Source: Anaerolineae bacterium
GTDB taxonomy: Bacteria; Chloroflexota; Anaerolineae; Anaerolineales; Anaerolineaceae
Direction of reading: 5' to 3'
NCBI GenBank assembly: GCA_011176685.1
Contig: DUED01000001.1
Coordinates: 23,231-87,230, forward strand
Length of the DNA: 64,000 nt
Both the position numbers and the translations under genes were made by a program. Position 1 is the first letter of the stretch. Each line of letters starts with the position of its first letter. The notes under the pieces are model-generated. The model saw only the letters and a program-made list of their open reading frames with translations. It was not told where the DNA came from and made no database searches. Of the stretch, positions 59,798 to 64,000 are shown piece by piece.

Positions 59798-60292
59798 TTA
59801 TTCATTTAGAGTATTTATCCAATTCAGAATGTATTCACTTGCTTTTATGGCTAACCCCTTTGTTTTATTTGATAAATTATTGGTGAAATTGAATTGGTAT
59901 CCACGAACAGATACAAGGATTGATTTAGGGGCTGAACCAAATAAACCCTGGGCAAGTGACAGGCATGAGGCAGGCGTAGAATGATGTGTTAGTGGTGAAT
60001 TCTGATAATATGGTTTTATCTCAGATATTTTTAAATCTTCTTGTATTTTGCCAGTATGAGCGTCAATAAATACTGCTCGCTGATATTTAGCTAAAATTTC
60101 AGATATTTCAGGCACCAATTGAAGGTTGTACCATAGATCAATGCTCTCATTGAGAATTGAGAATCCTGTTTCGAGTAGGTTAATTGGAGTATGTCTCTTT
60201 TGTGCAATCAAGTGGTTGAGGATGAACAAAGCGACACCATCGTCCCCGCGATCTGGATTTCCGTAACCAAGTATCAGCGTTTTATACTTCAT
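59798..60292 (-). CDS. Hydrogenase maturation endopeptidase (HoxW/HycI-like)
   Basis: ILGYGNPDRGDDGVA motif. 164 aa. Directly downstream of the large subunit. Confidence 0.75.
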   Translation of the reverse strand: MKYKTLILGYGNPDRGDDGVALFILNHLIAQKRHTPINLLETGFSILNESIDLWYNLQLVPEISEILAKYQRAVFIDAHTGKIQEDLKISEIKPYYQNSPLTHHSTPASCLSLAQGLFGSAPKSILVSVRGYQFNFTNNLSNKTKGLAIKASEYILNWINTLNE

Positions 60293-60379
60293 ACTAAATA
60301 TCCATTGCTATATTAAAGGAAGTCGCCATTTTTAGGCGACATCGATGATAAGCCATGTATGATTCTGGAAAAAAACAAG

Positions 60380-61816
60380 CTAATTTGTATTTCGTTTTAA
60401 TTCCTTTATCAATTCACCTTTTGAATTTTTTATTTCGATAATGATCGGCATTTGTCCGACAGCATGGGTAGAGCAGGATAGACACGGGTCATGTGCTCTC
60501 ACGGCTGCTTCCACACGGTTAAGCAAACCCTCATGGATTTCTGGCCCAGTAATGTATTCTTTTGCCACGCAATCCACTGCTTTACTCATTGCCCAATTAT
60601 TATGACCGGTAGATACGATCAGATTTACCTTTAGCAATTGGCCGTTTTCATTTGCCCAATAATGATGGAATAATGTTCCCCGTGGTGCTTCAAGTATCCC
60701 TACTCCCTCACTCTGAAAACCGTAATGATGGGTGTTTAAAATTTCCTTGCTTAGAATATCGGGATCATCCAGCAAAACCGTTACCTTTTCTGCAGCAAAC
60801 AATGTTTCGATTAGCCTGGCGTAATGATAATGCAGGGTGTTTTCGATTGGCTTTCCAGCATTGAGGGCTCTATATTTTTTGAATTCTTCATTAGCTAAGG
60901 GGGTATCAAGTTTTTCTACTGTATTTAAACGCCCCAAGGGACCAACTCGGTAGACGCCGTTAGGCCAGCCCATTTTCTTATAATAAGGGAATTTCAAATA
61001 AGACCAATCTTCAGTGTGTTCGGCAATATAATCGAGGTAATTGGAAGCATTAAATTTCTCCAATTCATTTCCTGCAGAATCCATAAGCCGTACTTTACCC
61101 TCATACAATTCAAGTCCGTTTTCCGGGGTAACTAAGCCCATGTAACCGGATGGAAAAACAGCAAATTTAGCGATATCTTCCCTATGTTTTTCTGCCCAAT
61201 CTTTGATGAACGAAATGCCAATTTTTATCGTTTTAATAGCATTAGCTTGCCCAGCAAGAATTTCATCGCGTTCATTTGCTGTAAGGGCTTTGTTTACCCC
61301 TCCTGGAATGGCAAAGGTAGGATGTATCTTGCGACCGCCAACGGCTTTAATAATTTCCTGTCCAAACTTCCTTAATGCAATAGCTTTTAAAGCTAATTCA
61401 GGATTTGTTTGGATAATACCGATCACATTTCTGATTTCTGGATCAGCATCAAAACCAAGCAAAAGGTCTGGTCCTGCAAGTTCGAAGAAGTGCATGCTAT
61501 GGCTTTGGATTATTTGGCCCATGTGCATCAATTCACGCAGAAGGGTTGCGGGTCTGGGTGGAGTAATGCCGAAAACGATGTCGGCTGCTTTTGCTGCTGC
61601 CAGATGGTGACTAACTGGGCAAATACCACAAATGCGTGGGGTGATTTGTGGCATTTCAAAAACCATACGTCCCTCGCAGAATTTTTCAAATCCACGAAAC
61701 TCATTAACATGAAAGTATGCATGTTTGACCTTGCCTGTATCATCGAGATGGATTGTTATTTTTGCATGGCCTTCTATTCTGGTAACAGGTTCTATCGTGA
61801 TTTTTCTTGTTGCCAT
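60380..61816 (-). CDS. [NiFe]-hydrogenase large subunit (group 3 type)
   Basis: N-terminal [10 protein letters not shown] (L1) and C-terminal DPCLSCSTH (L2), followed by a cleavable extension. Confidence 0.9.
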   Translation of the reverse strand: MATRKITIEPVTRIEGHAKITIHLDDTGKVKHAYFHVNEFRGFEKFCEGRMVFEMPQITPRICGICPVSHHLAAAKAADIVFGITPPRPATLLRELMHMGQIIQSHSMHFFELAGPDLLLGFDADPEIRNVIGIIQTNPELALKAIALRKFGQEIIKAVGGRKIHPTFAIPGGVNKALTANERDEILAGQANAIKTIKIGISFIKDWAEKHREDIAKFAVFPSGYMGLVTPENGLELYEGKVRLMDSAGNELEKFNASNYLDYIAEHTEDWSYLKFPYYKKMGWPNGVYRVGPLGRLNTVEKLDTPLANEEFKKYRALNAGKPIENTLHYHYARLIETLFAAEKVTVLLDDPDILSKEILNTHHYGFQSEGVGILEAPRGTLFHHYWANENGQLLKVNLIVSTGHNNWAMSKAVDCVAKEYITGPEIHEGLLNRVEAAVRAHDPCLSCSTHAVGQMPIIIEIKNSKGELIKELKRNTN

Positions 61817-61830
61817 AACTTACCTCTAAA

Positions 61831-62373
61831 TTAATTCCACATTAATTTTTCGTCTTTTAAATCAGGCATTCGCCCTTGTGCAAGTTCACTTAATACATAA
61901 AAGATAATATCGGCATTTGGGGGGCATCCAGGGAGAAAAATATCTACAGGCACAACTTCATGAACTGCCTGAATGCGGGTCATTCTTGCTAATTCAGGAC
62001 TGGAAGGAATTTTTCCTTCAGAATCTGTGCTTTCTGTTTCTACGTAAGCGCGGCGAAGAGCTTCTTCTATTGTAAAAAGATTGCGCATAGCAGGTACACC
62101 ACCGAAAACGGCACAGTCACCGAACGCAACCAGGATTTTACAGCGCTTGCGCATCAATTTGGCAACTTCCTCATTGGCTGTATTATTTATACCGCCTTCA
62201 AGAATGCCAATATCAACCCCGCTCTCATCTGGGTGTTTTAAATCGGTAATTGGTGTTGAACGCAAGTCAACTATTTCAACTAATTTAACAATTCTTTCAT
62301 CAATATCCAATAAAGACATATGACAGCCCGCGCAACCTGCCAGCCAGTCTGAAGCTATTTTGGATTTGGGCAT
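61831..62373 (-). CDS. [NiFe]-hydrogenase small subunit, short form with the proximal cluster only (HoxY-like)
   Basis: GCAGCH...GDCA...GCPP cysteine pattern. 180 aa. No TAT signal. Confidence 0.8.
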   Translation of the reverse strand: MPKSKIASDWLAGCAGCHMSLLDIDERIVKLVEIVDLRSTPITDLKHPDESGVDIGILEGGINNTANEEVAKLMRKRCKILVAFGDCAVFGGVPAMRNLFTIEEALRRAYVETESTDSEGKIPSSPELARMTRIQAVHEVVPVDIFLPGCPPNADIIFYVLSELAQGRMPDLKDEKLMWN

Positions 62374-62399
62374 AATTCATGTACTCCTTTTTTTAGGGA

Positions 62400-64000
62400 T
62401 TATTCAATTAAAGATATAGCAACTCGATCTGTAATATCCTTTTTCCAATCATCAGAGACTTTTATGTTCAATTTATCAGCTAAAATCTTCAGTGTCTTTG
62501 TATTGCAGTGAGCTCCTTCTAGGGCAGTGAGTGCTGAATTAGCTTTCTGCATCTTCCCTTCGAGATTAATGTAATGTCCGGATTGTTCAAGCCAGTTATG
62601 TACAGGCAAAACGACATTTGCGAAAGTAATTAAAGGGGAAATGTAGCTGCTTTGGACGATTAAATTGGGTACTTCTTTCAGCTTATTTATCAGTATCTGA
62701 GAGGGTTCCTCATCGCCCAATGCGATATACGCTGTATTAACGCCATTGAAATCAAGAGGGACATCAAGATGGAATTGAGCAGCAGCGAAACTATTCGCCC
62801 CGCCTTTTGTGCTCAATAAATTTGCATTGGCAGTTTTGGCTAATTTCCAAATAGCTGTAATGAAATCTTCGTTGTTGGTGGGGTTTCCTCCGTACACAAT
62901 GAAAGGATTAGTTGCAGCTTTAATGAGTTTAACTGCCTCTTCAAATACCCCTTTTTCTATATCTTTGGTTTTATCTAAGTCTGAAAGTATTGCGCTGAGT
63001 TTTTCCTTGTTTGCAGCTATTGGTTTGCGTAATTGATTAACAATGTAGTTAATGTTTTTTAGATTAACTTTGATTGCAGCGTGCGTGAAATTGTCCAAAC
63101 CATCTGAGCTGGAATTAATAGTTATCAATTTTGCCCCACAAGGGAGTAATCGTTTAATAAAGAAGCTGATCACCTGGTGATCTTTAGTGATGTCTTCGCT
63201 GAGAACTATGAAGCAATCCGCTTTATGCAAATCCGCAAGTTTTGCTTCAAAAGGCATTCCTTCTTTTTCAGCCAGTTTTGAGATTGTAGCTGTTAGTGTG
63301 TCTTCCTCAGTAGTTGTCACAATTGAAGAGTTGAAATTGCTCGTAAATATCTGTTTGAAAAGATGCATTGTTTCAGCTGGAAGTCTGGTGGATATTACAC
63401 CAGCGATGCTGTCATCTTTATTCTTAAGCAGAGGTTTCAGGTTTACGACAATCTCGGAATATGCGTTTTCCCACGTGGCAGCCCTTAATTTCCCATTTTT
63501 ACGGATCATGGGGGTTAATACCCTTTTTCTTTCTTCTACCATCGGATGAAAGCGACCCGCATCACATAGTACACCATGGTTGATTTCGGCATCCCAATCA
63601 CCTTCAATGCGGACAAGCCGATTGTCACGGGAAAGTACTTCTATGCCACAACCAACACTGCAATTTATACAAATTGTTTTCGTTTTTTCTACATCAGTTG
63701 TCAGACCTTGATAAGCGCTCCAGCGATCAATTAAGGCACCCGTGGGGCATACTTGCACGCAGGCACCACAACTAATGCAAGAGCTCTCTCCGAGTGGAAC
63801 GCCTTGGTCAGCGACGAGCATGCTTCTTCCCCCGCGATCTTCAAAAGCCAGAGTGAAATTACCAATCATCTCTCCACAGGCACGCACACAAAGCCGGCAT
63901 AAAATACAGCGATTGTGTTCAAGAACAATGAATGGATGTGAAGCATCAACAGAAAGTGGTTTCCAATCAGGCATTATTGGCCAGTGAGTCATTTCCTCTG
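62400..64000 (-). CDS. NuoG/FdhA-like Fe-S subunit of the hydrogenase diaphorase part (two ferredoxin-type 4Fe-4S motifs, a CxxCxxxC...CG MopB-type cluster, and a molybdopterin-oxidoreductase-like domain). The N-terminus may extend past the window edge.
   Basis: Motifs CILCRLCVRAC, CISCGACVQVCP and CINCSVGCG. The reading frame is still open at nt 64000, although an in-window ATG with a GAGGAA RBS exists at 63992. Confidence 0.7.
   Translation of the reverse strand, partial: EEMTHWPIMPDWKPLSVDASHPFIVLEHNRCILCRLCVRACGEMIGNFTLAFEDRGGRSMLVADQGVPLGESSCISCGACVQVCPTGALIDRWSAYQGLTTDVEKTKTICINCSVGCGIEVLSRDNRLVRIEGDWDAEINHGVLCDAGRFHPMVEERKRVLTPMIRKNGKLRAATWENAYSEIVVNLKPLLKNKDDSIAGVISTRLPAETMHLFKQIFTSNFNSSIVTTTEEDTLTATISKLAEKEGMPFEAKLADLHKADCFIVLSEDITKDHQVISFFIKRLLPCGAKLITINSSSDGLDNFTHAAIKVNLKNINYIVNQLRKPIAANKEKLSAILSDLDKTKDIEKGVFEEAVKLIKAATNPFIVYGGNPTNNEDFITAIWKLAKTANANLLSTKGGANSFAAAQFHLDVPLDFNGVNTAYIALGDEEPSQILINKLKEVPNLIVQSSYISPLITFANVVLPVHNWLEQSGHYINLEGKMQKANSALTALEGAHCNTKTLKILADKLNIKVSDDWKKDITDRVAISLIE

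Noticed and set aside
1-64000. tRNA, rRNA, tmRNA or RNase P genes
   Set aside because: Scanning for GTTCGA/TTCGAATC-type T-arm motifs and cloverleaf-sized palindromes found nothing convincing. No rRNA-like stretches were seen.

Overview
This is a 64-kb window of a low-GC (about 40%) bacterial chromosome, mostly densely packed housekeeping operons, with two accessory patches. The core operons are:

- Glycogen genes on the minus strand: malQ, glgA, an MtaD-like deaminase fused to a CYTH domain, and cinA.
- A BMP-family nucleoside ABC importer with a co-transcribed metallophosphoesterase and a divergent Crp/Fnr regulator.
- miaA, a fadD-like ligase, ftsH, efp, hpf and comF, with a previously uncalled small Flp-type pilin ORF just upstream of comF.
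- sucCD, an ACP, an isoprenoid pair (IDI-2 and a polyprenyl synthase) and a folate pair (folE convergent with folK-folB-SDR).
- tkt-rpiB, and a complete SufR-controlled sufCBD-x-SU operon.
- A self-contained group-3 [NiFe]-hydrogenase operon: a NuoG-like Fe-S subunit (partial at the window edge), small and large subunits, a maturation protease, and hypABFCDE.

The two non-housekeeping patches stand out.

1. 10.7-11.9 kb is 1.3 kb of non-coding DNA. It holds three tandem structured repeats of about 155-175 bp whose internal hairpin shows compensatory base changes between copies. It also holds a conserved 65-bp palindromic element and a solo IS3-like terminal repeat.
2. 18.5-20.9 kb holds a decayed IS3 element with an intact orfA and a truncated orfB. 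Directly after it sits a strongly AT-rich (about 28% GC) single-gene cassette encoding a 411-aa protein with a C-terminal HEPN-like R-x4-H motif. Its architecture resembles ApeA/Abi abortive-infection proteins. The cassette is bracketed at nearly symmetric distances by copies of the same 21-bp palindrome that ends the 65-bp element.

The HEPN cassette is the best candidate for an undescribed defence or accessory module.

Smaller observations:

- A P-type ATPase C-terminal fragment and a ROK-kinase pseudogene show local gene decay.
- A perfect 8-4-8 palindrome lies in the Crp/BMP divergent promoter.
- A two-gene coiled-coil plus SPFH/band-7-HTH module sits at 30.9-32.5 kb.

No rRNA or tRNA genes and no CRISPR array were found. 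All calls are from reading the sequence and the ORF translations; no database searches were possible.
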